A stretch of DNA of 64,000 bases. Origin: Andalucia godoyi And28. Lineage: Eukaryota; Protista; Jakobida. Below are positions 54,430-64,000 of this stretch, in pieces. The stretch spans positions 273,879 to 337,878 of the forward strand of contig VRVR01000006.1 of the NCBI GenBank assembly GCA_009859145.1. Direction: 5' to 3'. Position 1 is the first letter of the stretch. Each line of letters starts with the position of its first letter. The position numbers and the translations under genes are program-made. The notes beneath the pieces were generated by a model. The model was given only the letters and a program-made list of their open reading frames with translations. It ran no database searches and was not told where the DNA came from.

Positions 54430-54610
54430 TTTACTGACTGATTTACAGCAGGGAAGGCTTGAGTGTATGAGCAGGACGGAACTTATTTTGTGAGGCTTCG
54501 TTTTTGTGCAGACGCCTGCATTATATACACTGAGCATGCACATCTACGAACAGACATGCATCTTCAATCTTGCATCCTGTTGCCAGGAAGGGGATAGGCC
54601 CCAACACGCC
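54430..54610 (-). ncRNA. Putative omega-RNA scaffold remnant of the Fanzor/TnpB element
   Basis: It overlaps and follows the ORF 3' end. Hairpins: TGTT-GGGG-CCTAT-CCCC...AACA (54606-54578), TGCATGTCTG-TTCG-TAGATGTGCA (54560-54537, G-U wobbles, UUCG loop) and TGCAG-GCGT-CTGCA (54520-54507). Boundaries are guessed. Confidence 0.45.
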
Positions 54611-55000
54611 TCACGGCGTTCTTCAGATAAATGTTCCGCGCTCCGTTCGCAATCTCGATCAGTCTGTGAGCTGCACACGGGACATGCAAACACTTTGCTG
54701 CTTCCGTCTAGACGTGCATGGATCTCACCGCAGCGCCCGCACGTTCTGGACGTGTACTCCTCCGTCACGATGGCAACATGGCGCTCGCGATACTCGGTCG
54801 CCTTATGGAACAAACGTTGCAAAAAATGAAACCAACGAATGACAGAATAGATGGCTACGGATGCTGCGTTAAAGAGTGTTGAAAATGCGGAGCCTGTGCC
54901 ACTGGCTGAATTTTGGCCGAGCGTGCATAAGCACGAATTCCTGTGAAACAAAACATGCGAGTGTCGTCCAGTGTCGACCATGTCTGTTTATGGATACTTT
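54564..55000 (-). pseudogene. Decayed Fanzor2 / IS607-type TnpB RNA-guided nuclease gene (C-terminal RuvC II-Zn ribbon-RuvC III)
   Basis: FLQRLFHKATEYRERHVAIVTEEYTSRTCGRCGEIHARLDGSSKVFACPVCSSQTDRD, then a +1 frameshift (extra T at about 54651) to ANGARNIYLKN. Upstream scraps NMVD and LACFVSQEF lie in broken frames. No intact RuvC I was found. Confidence 0.85.
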
Positions 55001-55214
55001 CCTTCCGTATATGCATGACAACGACATGTTATCATTCACCAGCTCAATCACCCGAAACTCCGATCATCGCGGAACACGATTTTCCAGGCTTGGGTTGAAG
55101 CAGACCGCTGCATGGCTCCGTCATACGAACGTCGCGATTTATTGGCCTATGCTAGGGTGGCAGTGGCAGTGACAGTGGTGGTAGTAAGAGTAGCAAAGAA
55201 CGGGTGATAATCAT

Positions 55215-56402
55215 ATGCATTCAGAAAACATGTCAGAGAAGAATTACTTTGTGGCTTCGATTCTATTGGCCTTTATACAAACGTCACTTGGATTATTTGG
55301 TGTGTTCGTTAGCATTGCAATCACTGGAAACATGTCTCCAATGCTCTTCTCGTTGATGCGAGGCCTGATAAGCTTGCCTCCGACCATCATGACTGCATAC
55401 ATCATCGATGGAAATGAGTATACGAACAAGGATCAGTCACGGCGACACCGTCTTTCCGACTTTCTCACAGTCAGTCCACAATGGAGATCGACGGTGGGGT
55501 CGCTGCGAATTTGGAGAAAGACTGCTGTTGTGCTTGGTATGATGTGCATATCGCCTGCGCAATTGTCGATTTCCTTTGCGATTGCATGGTCCTCACCTTT
55601 GACGATGGCGCTCTTTGGGCAAACCGTGCCTCTTATTGCGAGTTCTATATCCATGGCCAGGAAACTTGAGCCGTTCTCCTTGATCAAGGTTGCAGGAACC
55701 ATTGTTTCATTCACCGGATGCTCCCTGATGATTCTAAACCCGTTCGACAGCGAAAAGAGTGCTGATCTCACTGTTTCCCTGCAAGGAATGGCGATGATTG
55801 CACTGAATGTCGTCGCTTCAGTCCTGTACCTGTTTATGCAGAAAAGGTTTTTCGACGCGGAAAAGGTTCCTGCAAGCACAACCACTGCGATGTCCTTCTG
55901 CGGCTCGACGTTTGTGCTGTGCATCGCGTCCCTTGTCTATTTCATTTTTATTGACCCGAACAACCAACCGACACAAAGCTTGGCCGATGCAAAACCAGTT
56001 GTGGTTGGCGCAATGCTGTACGCCGGGTTTGTTGCATCGTGCGCGTCGTTTGTGGCAGGGAATTATGCAATGAAGCTTTCCGATCCGAGCTTCAGTTCAA
56101 TGTTCACACCTCTTTCGCCGATTGCCACAGCACTGTTTTCGTTCTGCTTCTTTTCCAGCCTGCCTACGGTTAGCCAGTATGTTGGTGGATCGTTCATTGT
56201 CTGCGGACTGACAGCAGTACTGATCCAGCGACGGCGGGAGTTTCTTGCTTCTCAGGCCACAGAGGTCGTCCCGACCAGCAAGGAAACGAAGTTGGGCGAA
56301 GTCGGCAACTCTCATCACGAACATGAGCTTGCGATTGATCGTATTTCTCTTCTTCAAGTCGACGCGGATGTTCACATCGATGCTGATCCACAAGCTGATT
56401 GA
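55215..56402 (+). CDS. EamA/DMT-superfamily transporter (WAT1-like, 10 TM)
   Basis: Two repeats of five TM helices, with motifs RKLEPFSLIKVAGTIVSFTG and SMFTPLSPIATALFS...QYVGGSFIVCG. Confidence 0.85.
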   Translation: MHSENMSEKNYFVASILLAFIQTSLGLFGVFVSIAITGNMSPMLFSLMRGLISLPPTIMTAYIIDGNEYTNKDQSRRHRLSDFLTVSPQWRSTVGSLRIWRKTAVVLGMMCISPAQLSISFAIAWSSPLTMALFGQTVPLIASSISMARKLEPFSLIKVAGTIVSFTGCSLMILNPFDSEKSADLTVSLQGMAMIALNVVASVLYLFMQKRFFDAEKVPASTTTAMSFCGSTFVLCIASLVYFIFIDPNNQPTQSLADAKPVVVGAMLYAGFVASCASFVAGNYAMKLSDPSFSSMFTPLSPIATALFSFCFFSSLPTVSQYVGGSFIVCGLTAVLIQRRREFLASQATEVVPTSKETKLGEVGNSHHEHELAIDRISLLQVDADVHIDADPQAD

Positions 56403-57032
56403 CGAAAACTCCACATTCCAAACACACTGTGTCGAGTCGTACGGATTTTCTCAGGATGTTACGACTCCCCCCTCGTTCTCTTATTATGTTGCTGCTGGTG
56501 CTGCCGGAAGAAAAGCCATTCTCTTTCTGTTTTTAATTTAAAAAAGAACAACAACAACAAGCGATCTGCAAGTTGGCTGTGATGGGAGAGGAAAAAACAA
56601 TGAAGCAAACATTGGCAGACGCTTGTTTTCCGGTGTCCAGAATCGAGAGTCCGGAGTTGTCGGAGACATTGCCTTTTTTCTTTCTTTTTCGTTGGACTGC
56701 TCTCTCGTAGTCCGAACTAGGGTTGGTAAATGCAATATTGCAATGCAAGATACTGCATGCAAGATAGTGCAATTGCAGTTTCTCTGGTTTGATGCTCTTT
56801 CAATCTCGCCCGTTTCCCCCAATATTGCATGATTTTCTGCATTAAATCAGGAAAGAGAGAGCAGAGAAGAACGAACAGAGCAAGAAGAAAAGGCACGCCG
56901 CCCTTTCTCACCTTCAGTATTGTTGCTATCATCATCATAATTAAGATTTTTTTTTGGTTTAAAAAAAAAACAACAACAACAACAATAACAAATTTTGGAT
57001 CTGGGGTTTTAAGATTAGGATTTGGGTTTGAA

Positions 57033-57986
57033 ATGCCTTCGTTTGATGCGTTTGAGCCGGACTGCTTTGTTGGGAAATCGGCAATCGAGTTTGTATCCGA
57101 GTGTCGGTTTTCATCCTTTGACTCTCCGTTTTATGTATATACGCTGTATTCATTGATTATGTGCACAGCTGGACTTCTTCTGTCTCTTTCCGTGTGTCCG
57201 ATCTTGTTCCGAAAGACGTTCAAGGGACTTTCGGCTATGGACCGATACATTTGGAGCTGCAAGGCAATCTCTGTGATCCACGCAACAGTCTCTGGAGTTC
57301 TGTCTGGCTATGTGCTCATCTACGAGCCCCAAGTTCGGCAGAGTGTCCTGTTTGGAAACTCATGGAACACGCATGTTGTGTGTGGAATCTCGTTTGGATA
57401 CATGATATTCGACGTTGTTACGTATCTTTGGAGAAATGATGGTAATATAACTATGATTTCGCACCATTTTGTATCGGCACTTGCGCTCTGGTACTGCTCT
57501 GGTACACGAATTGGGCTGTCAACCACCATGGGCTTCCTCGTCACGGAATCGACCACACCGATGGTCCAGCTCAACTGGTTTCTTCGGAAATCCGGACTTT
57601 CCAACACGATCTGGTACACGCTGAATGGTCTTTCAATTTGGGTGCTCTGGATTTTTGCAAGAATTGGAATGTCGCTCTACTTGTGCTATGCCATCATCGT
57701 GCAGTATCCGCTTTGGCAACACGTGCCGTGGTACATGGTCGTTACCGCCGTGTTTCCGATCATTTTCCTCACTCTCAACATGATCTGGTTCATCGAAATT
57801 TCCAAAAAGGTGTTTTCTTCGTTTACGACAACCAAAAAGACGCATCACCGTCACCGTCCCCATTCTCATTCACATTCTCAACAAGGAAAGTATCTGGACG
57901 ACAAGTCCCTCAAGGCAGATGAGCAGCAGGCCACGGTTTCGCCCAGAAGCACAGCATGTCGCGCAAATCTCCGAAAGGAGGATTAA
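57033..57986 (+). CDS. TLC-domain (TRAM/LAG1/CLN8) membrane protein, TMEM56/TLCD4-like
   Basis: ISVIHATVS, SFGYMIFD, MISHHF, LVTESTTPMVQLNWF, YTLNG...FARI, LNMIWF. Likely ATG at 57033. Confidence 0.88.
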   Translation: MPSFDAFEPDCFVGKSAIEFVSECRFSSFDSPFYVYTLYSLIMCTAGLLLSLSVCPILFRKTFKGLSAMDRYIWSCKAISVIHATVSGVLSGYVLIYEPQVRQSVLFGNSWNTHVVCGISFGYMIFDVVTYLWRNDGNITMISHHFVSALALWYCSGTRIGLSTTMGFLVTESTTPMVQLNWFLRKSGLSNTIWYTLNGLSIWVLWIFARIGMSLYLCYAIIVQYPLWQHVPWYMVVTAVFPIIFLTLNMIWFIEISKKVFSSFTTTKKTHHRHRPHSHSHSQQGKYLDDKSLKADEQQATVSPRSTACRANLRKED

Positions 57987-58284
57987 ACGCAACCATCGTC
58001 ATGCACGCATAAGCAACTTCTTCCCCATCACATCTCGTTTTCTGAATGTCCCCAGCTTTTGTAATCCTTGTAATCCTCCACTCTTTATCCTTCTTCACCC
58101 CACTTCACCGAGTTCATTCACGCCAGGCCATCGCTATTTGTCTCTCTTTACTCCTCCCACCAGACGATTGATTTTCGTAGAATCGATTGTCATGGAGCAT
58201 TGCAGTAGTACCAGTTAGTGTTGATGCAGTGTATCGCAAGGCGTTTTGGAATATGAATTAAAAATAATAATAATAAATGCACGT

Positions 58285-58450
58285 GCCAGGATCGCTCCGT
58301 TCCAATTGCGGTCGACCGTGCATTTGCACGATGGGCAACAAAACACCTTGGCGATCTTCGACGACAGTTTGTCGGCAGCTGCTCTCCGGAGCGCATCGTC
58401 ATATCGCAATAAGTGGCAGCGGTTTTTTTGCAGCTGTACGCCGCTTTCAT
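58285..58450 (-). pseudogene. Second, highly eroded Fanzor/TnpB fragment (Zn-ribbon second half + RuvC III)
   Basis: KLSSKIAKVFCCPSCKCTVDRNWNGA (about 58372-58295) matches the KxxGSKxFxCPxCxxxxDRDxNGA consensus, with DRD changed to DRN. Confidence 0.6.
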
Positions 58451-58561
58451 GTTTTTATTATTGTCGGTTTTTTCTTTCTTTCTTGGTTTTGTTGGTTGCC
58501 TATTTGCCCCCCGTTTCTCGCCTCTGCCGTTTGCGTTCAAAGCAACCCCAAAGGATGATGA

Positions 58562-59380
58562 ATGGACCGGATACTGTTGTCGAATTTCGCACAGGCAATT
58601 CTAGACGGTCTGCAGAGGTACCAAGCCTCGCGAAATGTGCGTCGATCCCGACAAACATCTGAGCCTCAAGATCGCGGTGTCTTGCTAACGACCAACGAAA
58701 CGTTGCAACAATGGGAATCCACGCGTCGGCAATTGCTTATTCTGCTGGATCAAGCAGTTCTGGCAAAATCAAGGTTTTCTAGAGCATTTCCTCGCAAAGC
58801 CAAGGAGTTTCCCCCGGATGCTGCACAGAGGTACAATTTGACTTGGCATCCCGGCTGGAGGGATCCTGAACCGTATGTGCCGGCCACAGATGCAGACCCC
58901 TTCCGCGGAGCTTGCGGCGTCTCCTCTTGCCTGTGCGATCTTTTTGAAACTCCAGGACCACCGTATATCTATCATCCTGATCACATGGATACGAACCCGG
59001 ACCGCATGCTCTGTGCGCGCTGTCTGCATCCAAAGGTCGAGCACAAGTTGGCCACTACTGCAGATCGCCGTAAGCTCAAGGAGTTTTCCGAGGAACATGT
59101 CGAAAAATACGCGGTTCCAGCTTCAGTAGCAGTGTCCATTACCGGGGATGAGGAGGAGCTCGAAAGCACTCGCAAGGAACACCCTGCAGATGTTCCCATG
59201 TACGTTCTCAAGGAATTCTACACACGACATCCGCAAGCTGCAGGAGCCGGGGAGGTCTTCAAAAGCATTGCCATGATCGATTCAGGCTCCCCTTCTTCTT
59301 CGTCCCAAACACGATCAAAGTCATCTGCAATGTCCGATCTTTGGGACGACGAAGCGAACGAAGCCGAAGGATTCTTCTGA
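58562..59380 (+). CDS. Hypothetical protein with a Cys/His putative zinc-binding module
   Basis: CGVSSCLCDLF...CARCLHPKVEH in an intact 272-codon ORF. Confidence 0.6.
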   Translation: MDRILLSNFAQAILDGLQRYQASRNVRRSRQTSEPQDRGVLLTTNETLQQWESTRRQLLILLDQAVLAKSRFSRAFPRKAKEFPPDAAQRYNLTWHPGWRDPEPYVPATDADPFRGACGVSSCLCDLFETPGPPYIYHPDHMDTNPDRMLCARCLHPKVEHKLATTADRRKLKEFSEEHVEKYAVPASVAVSITGDEEELESTRKEHPADVPMYVLKEFYTRHPQAAGAGEVFKSIAMIDSGSPSSSSQTRSKSSAMSDLWDDEANEAEGFF

Positions 59381-59492
59381 GTTTCTCACACCTGCGCGAC
59401 ATGCACAGATAACACACGCGCTAAAGTGCAAGAACACCAACGATCATCCGTGTGTCGTCGCTTTATTGCTGGGGGAATCTAATGATGAGGAT

Positions 59493-59951
59493 TTATGATA
59501 CTCTCTTTGCAGGAAACTGAAGGTTAAAAGGCACAGGTTTTTGGGCGTCGTGTTCATGTTCCGGGCCTTCAAATACTCTGAGCATGCGCAGCCTTTCTCG
59601 ACGCAGCTTGTTTTTTGGAAGCATTCCGGAAACCGCACGCACCAAGACATCACAGGGCTTCTTTTCTCTGAGTTTTTCGGGTGAGACTTCCTTGAGACCG
59701 CCTGGGTATCCCGAATGCCAACGGTAAATCTTGTCTTCTTCCTTTTTCCCAGAGAATTCGACCTTGTCTGCATTGGTAACGACCACAAAATCACCGCAAT
59801 TCATCGAATTGTCAAAGATCGGCTTGTGCTTGCCCATCAAAACAGTCGCAATCTGTGTCGCCAAACGACCGACAGTGAGTCCCTTTGCATCGACATGGTG
59901 CCAAATGGGTCGCAGCACAGATTGGGGCAGCTTTCGGATCGACGACGACAT
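59493..59951 (-). CDS. MRPL13/rplM: Mitochondrial ribosomal protein uL13m
   Basis: WHHVDAKGLTVGRLATQIATVLMGKHKPIF, GDFVVVTNA, YRWHSGYPGGLK, AVSGMLPKNKLR. Confidence 0.95.
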   Translation of the reverse strand: MSSSIRKLPQSVLRPIWHHVDAKGLTVGRLATQIATVLMGKHKPIFDNSMNCGDFVVVTNADKVEFSGKKEEDKIYRWHSGYPGGLKEVSPEKLREKKPCDVLVRAVSGMLPKNKLRRERLRMLRVFEGPEHEHDAQKPVPFNLQFPAKRVS

Positions 59952-60341
59952 CCTTGTTGGTTTCCCTTCCCTATGTTAAATTTATAATAATTGTTGATCC
60001 TATGAATAACAAATTCACCATCCTCATCGGGATCAAAGGAAGCAGTATTCTTTGGAGTAAGAAACGCACTCTGCATAAAACCCAGAATGGCTGTGAGGGT
60101 TTGGGAAGCGAGAAGGGAGAGGCAACCCTAGACTGTGTGGGTCCAGAATTGGATGGACTCAGACATCTACAGTCGCTTCGACTTTTCCCGCTTTCTCCCC
60201 TCTTCTTTTGTTTGTTGTGTTTTTGGGGTTTTTAGTGTTTGGGAATGTGCATGACCAATTGACGACGCACGAGCCACGGCTACGGATAACGACGACATTC
60301 GGCAACGGACAACCGTCGGCAGACATGTAACGTGTGGGAGG

Positions 60342-61007
60342 ATGTATGGGAGTGGGAGCAGGAGGTTGCAGACGCAACTGCTTGACATGCTGCACCGATC
60401 CTGGAAAGCGGGATTAAAGACGCCGATCATTCCTGACGACCACGCGTTTTCATTGAAATTGGCGCCGTCGACTGTGCATGGACAAGGTGTGTTTTTGTCC
60501 AATGGACACGTTTCTGAACCGGGCATGCTGCTGTGTTTGTATCCTGGGACATTGTACTTGAATACAGACATTATGTTCTGGGTTTCCATTCGAAACTCGT
60601 TTATTCTGAGGAGGATCGACGGGATTCTTGTGGATGGAAAGGATTCCGGCCTGAGCAAGCGGACGTTTATTTCGTGTGCAGAACGCGATGCCGAGATGCT
60701 GAAACTTGCAAAGCCAGATACTTCGTGGATCGGCAGCCAGAGTGACGCACGGAAACAAGGTCATCTGAATTGTGGACAGTACATCAATTATTCAAATAAT
60801 GGGTTGGCAAATGTGGCATACATGGAATGTGATTTTCAGGCCGCCGAGTTCCCTCCGGAGTTTTCTCCGTATCTTCCTTATACGTGGGCAAACATGGAGT
60901 CTGCCGTTGCCATGCAAGATACGGTGCACATTGTTGCTTTGGTGTCCACATCCGAGATCAAAAAGGGTGACGAACTCTTTTCGACGTACATTACACTTGT
61001 ACGCTGA
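60342..61007 (+). CDS. SETD9: SETD9-like SET-domain protein (N-terminus may extend upstream)
   Basis: PSTVHGQGVF, LCLYPGTLY, FILRRIDGILVDGKDSGLSK, LNCGQYINY..NVAY, VALVSTSEIKKGDELFSTY. Confidence 0.75.
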   Translation: MYGSGSRRLQTQLLDMLHRSWKAGLKTPIIPDDHAFSLKLAPSTVHGQGVFLSNGHVSEPGMLLCLYPGTLYLNTDIMFWVSIRNSFILRRIDGILVDGKDSGLSKRTFISCAERDAEMLKLAKPDTSWIGSQSDARKQGHLNCGQYINYSNNGLANVAYMECDFQAAEFPPEFSPYLPYTWANMESAVAMQDTVHIVALVSTSEIKKGDELFSTYITLVR

Positions 61008-61133
61008 CCGCCCATACTTTAACCAACGATAGAAGCAGCAGCAGCAGTGCTGGTGGTGGTGGTGGCGGCGGTAATGATGCGAGGATAACGATGATGATAT
61101 TCATTTAATAAGAAGGATGTGGGAACGAGGAAA

Positions 61134-63920
61134 TCACGCGATTTTCGCCTGGAATTTTGGCTTCTCACAAATTAGACACTTGTCTGTCGATGGAGCAACG
61201 ATATTGGCAGAAAACGGTCTTTCTGCATTTCGATATTGCGGTCTTCGAACGGATCCACGGGAAGCATCTCCCGACTGGGGACGGCGAGCGGTCCCCGGAG
61301 GATGTGGAACCCGTTGGGAATCCATAATAGCGTGCTCTCGAATGCGTTCCGTCAGCAAACGGTCTTCCACGAACATTTTGGCGACGTTTTGGACCAGCCG
61401 ATCCTCGATTTCCTTCGCGTTCAACGTCATGTCAAATACGTGGCTCGACAGCTGGCGCACGGGATCACCCGCATCTGCCGCCGTATCAGAACGAATGCTC
61501 GCTACACTGACACTGGAGGCCCGTGCCGCAGAGGAAGGCCGAGAGCCCCGCACGCTTCCTACATTTGCCTGATCCAATATCTGGTCATATCGATCGCGAA
61601 CAACATGCAGGGAAGTGCCATCTCGCATCTTCATCATTGACTCGACAAATTCAATTTCGGATGCAACCGATGCACCAACTTTCGAAGAGGTTGCAGATGT
61701 GGGTCTCGAAGATGACGGGACACGGATCTGCAAAATCTGTTGCTCCTTTCGCATGCGAGCCAGCTTATCTGCATCCTCCATGGTTGCCAATGTGAGAGCG
61801 TGAATGGATCGCTTAATCTCGGACTGTGCAGGCGCAGAGACTTCCACAGCGGTTGGCGCGGATGAATCTACGCTTCTTCTCACTGAGCGGCCTAGAGAAA
61901 GAATGGGGCGCGGATCAAGAGATACGACATCCTCTACAGATGGAGAAAAGTGCTTGTACGATTCATCCAGCTGCCGGTCGCCAAACAACAATGGTGTACG
62001 ACCAGTCTTGCCCAGCGGCGATTGCGAGGTCTCGGATGACGTTTCAAGGTCATTCGAAGCAATTCGGCCTGCAAAGGGTCGTGGCCGAAACCCTTGCACT
62101 CGAAGATCATTCAACGGCGATCGCGGAGAATCCAACTGCGTCTTGTTGGATCCAGCGAACTTGTCGTCAACCTGCTGGAGGTTCTTTGACAGCTGGTCAA
62201 CATCAATAAAGTTCGCTCCTTCCTCGTACATGGTCTTGAACGAGTCGCGCAGTGCCTGAATATACATACGCTCTTGGAACGGATTTGAGAACATAATTGG
62301 ACGTACCGACGGGGGTGGCTTCAGATACTTTTCACCATCGACAAGTGCACTGCGGGGAGTCGACGACGGTCCTTCCGTGTCCTTTTCAGCGTGTTCCGCA
62401 ATCGAAAGATCGGTTTTTGAACCCTTTCGTCTGCGGTTTCTCCGGCGATGCAAGGCAGCAGAAGCAGTTGCAGCTACTCGATCCGAGTCGGACACCAAAG
62501 GAGTTGGGGGACGCGTGCTCTCCCACGGTGCCATTGAAAGATTAGACCCAGGACGTGTTGCGGATCCGGAAATGCTGCCATTACTGGTTTTCCGGCCAGA
62601 AGTGTCGTCTGTGTTTCGAATACTCTTCGGAAGATTCGGTTGCAACGCCAGTGCGGAATTGGAAGAAGCAACTTTTCGGACGGAGGAAGAAGCAGGCCGC
62701 GAGATGGACATGTACGAGACGGCAGACGTTCTTCCGCCTTTCGGCGATTGAGGAGGCGAGTTGCACACAAACATCGGCGTCTGGGCATCTTCCGTGATCA
62801 TCGGATCCACTTTTTTTCTGGGCGACAGCACTCTTAATCTGTACTCATCTGCCACATCAAACTGCCCAAGATACGATGACAAGAGTCGGATGGAAGGTCG
62901 AGCGGGATACGCTGGCATGTTGAATTCGAGGGTCTTCACTTCAGAATCTCCCCAAGAGCCCTGCTGCTGCAAATCGCCTTGGTCATCCAAGGTTCCATCC
63001 GATGACTGCTGCTGCTGCTGGAGCTGCAAACTCTGCAGTCGCTGGTGCAGCTGCGCTTGCTGCAATTGATACTCAGATTCAGCACCTCCACGGGCCGATT
63101 GGCTGTCATACATCATCGCCACGCTTGCAGCAAGAGACCGCTGCGGAAAGCCTCGATGCGAAACAGGTGTGGACGAGGAAGTCCGGTTTCTGGTCCCATG
63201 TGGATTTTGCTCTCCACGATCTGTGAAAAGGAAAGAAGCCACATTGGACCGTCTTCTCGAAGAATGAACCACTCTTTCATCTGGTCTCTCATCATTCATG
63301 ACGGCATGACGCTTTCCTTTGGAACCAGCGGCTGCAGGTTTCTTGGACTTTTCACGAGCGCTGGCATAATTGACAAACGCACCTTTGGGAATGGTTCCTT
63401 TCCCACGGAACGAGTTTTGACGTGCAGAAGTCATCAGTTGCGCCGAATTGTTTCCAGCCAAAGTCGACAAATCCAGCTTTGCAACATGCACCGATTTACT
63501 CGATTGAGGATAGACAGGGGCAATATCCGGTCTTGAGTAGCTCTGCAATTGACCAGTGTTCTGATGCTGCGAGGCAGCGGAATTCAGCAACGAGTACGCC
63601 GCAGGCTTCCCACTGTGTAATGGAGCACGATCATGACGATCATTGTCATTATCCGAACCACTTCTACTGTCACTACTATCATCATCATACTCATCTGAGG
63701 ATTCCACGCGTCTGTTTCGAACCGTAAATACATCGCTACTGACTGGCGGAGAAGTGGACACTGCACGATGGCTTTTCCCATTTCGTGATGAACAATGGGA
63801 ACTGTGGAGTCGCAGTGGCTTGCTTGGGCTTCGAACGGAAGAAGGTCGCTGTGAAGGAGACGCTAAAGGAAGCTCAATCACAACTGTCGAGGCAGCTGCT
63901 GCCTTTCTTGTCCGATCCAT
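61134..63920 (-). CDS. Hypothetical low-complexity S/R/P-rich protein (928 aa)
   Basis: Long uninterrupted ORF with a poly-Q patch and a C-terminal CxxC (CLICEK). No family recognised. Confidence 0.7.
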   Translation of the reverse strand: MDRTRKAAAASTVVIELPLASPSQRPSSVRSPSKPLRLHSSHCSSRNGKSHRAVSTSPPVSSDVFTVRNRRVESSDEYDDDSSDSRSGSDNDNDRHDRAPLHSGKPAAYSLLNSAASQHQNTGQLQSYSRPDIAPVYPQSSKSVHVAKLDLSTLAGNNSAQLMTSARQNSFRGKGTIPKGAFVNYASAREKSKKPAAAGSKGKRHAVMNDERPDERVVHSSRRRSNVASFLFTDRGEQNPHGTRNRTSSSTPVSHRGFPQRSLAASVAMMYDSQSARGGAESEYQLQQAQLHQRLQSLQLQQQQQSSDGTLDDQGDLQQQGSWGDSEVKTLEFNMPAYPARPSIRLLSSYLGQFDVADEYRLRVLSPRKKVDPMITEDAQTPMFVCNSPPQSPKGGRTSAVSYMSISRPASSSVRKVASSNSALALQPNLPKSIRNTDDTSGRKTSNGSISGSATRPGSNLSMAPWESTRPPTPLVSDSDRVAATASAALHRRRNRRRKGSKTDLSIAEHAEKDTEGPSSTPRSALVDGEKYLKPPPSVRPIMFSNPFQERMYIQALRDSFKTMYEEGANFIDVDQLSKNLQQVDDKFAGSNKTQLDSPRSPLNDLRVQGFRPRPFAGRIASNDLETSSETSQSPLGKTGRTPLLFGDRQLDESYKHFSPSVEDVVSLDPRPILSLGRSVRRSVDSSAPTAVEVSAPAQSEIKRSIHALTLATMEDADKLARMRKEQQILQIRVPSSSRPTSATSSKVGASVASEIEFVESMMKMRDGTSLHVVRDRYDQILDQANVGSVRGSRPSSAARASSVSVASIRSDTAADAGDPVRQLSSHVFDMTLNAKEIEDRLVQNVAKMFVEDRLLTERIREHAIMDSQRVPHPPGTARRPQSGDASRGSVRRPQYRNAERPFSANIVAPSTDKCLICEKPKFQAKIA

Positions 63921-63944
63921 ATGTCACCCTCTGAATTTTTCCCC

Positions 63945-63960
63945 CTGCTCTCTCTCTCCT

Positions 63961-63991
<31 letters not shown>
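63945..63991 (+). repeat. (CT)n microsatellite
   Basis: Tandem CT dinucleotides upstream of the last gene. Confidence 0.9.
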
Positions 63992-64000
63992 AACTACGTT

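Noticed and set aside
54876-55172. 98-aa plus-strand ORF upstream of EamA
   Set aside because: It is an antisense shadow over the Fanzor remnant with no recognisable motif.

Overview
This is a gene-dense eukaryotic nuclear window. It has about 30 protein-coding genes, mostly without introns, separated by short AT-rich, microsatellite-rich spacers. I saw no rRNA, tRNA or CRISPR array. Recognisable genes include COG2 (partial), a Zn2Cys6 factor, a HhH-GPD glycosylase, a PAP2-type phosphatase, a QWRF/augmin-8 protein, guanylate kinase, V-ATPase B, a large ankyrin protein, hyccin/FAM126, CcmH, a DHHC acyltransferase, EEF2KMT, XPD, NPRL3, phospholipase B-like, DRC5/TCTE1, an EamA transporter, a TLC protein, uL13m and a SETD9-like protein. 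The axonemal DRC5 plus a System I cytochrome c maturation factor (CcmH) in a compact, intron-poor genome suggest a free-living flagellate such as a jakobid; this is inference only. Signals the ORF track does not explain: (1) a decayed Fanzor2/IS607-TnpB RNA-guided nuclease gene at about 54.4-55.0 kb (minus), followed by three hairpins where an omega-RNA scaffold would lie, and a second, more eroded remnant at about 58.3-58.45 kb; (2) a longin-like/R-SNARE protein fused to a roughly 10-12-TM membrane domain; (3) spliced genes found by hand, including COA4 and a multi-exon orphan at 19.7-20.5 kb; (4) a small palindromic/UUCG-hairpin repeat in two locations. All family assignments come from motif recognition by eye; no database search was run.
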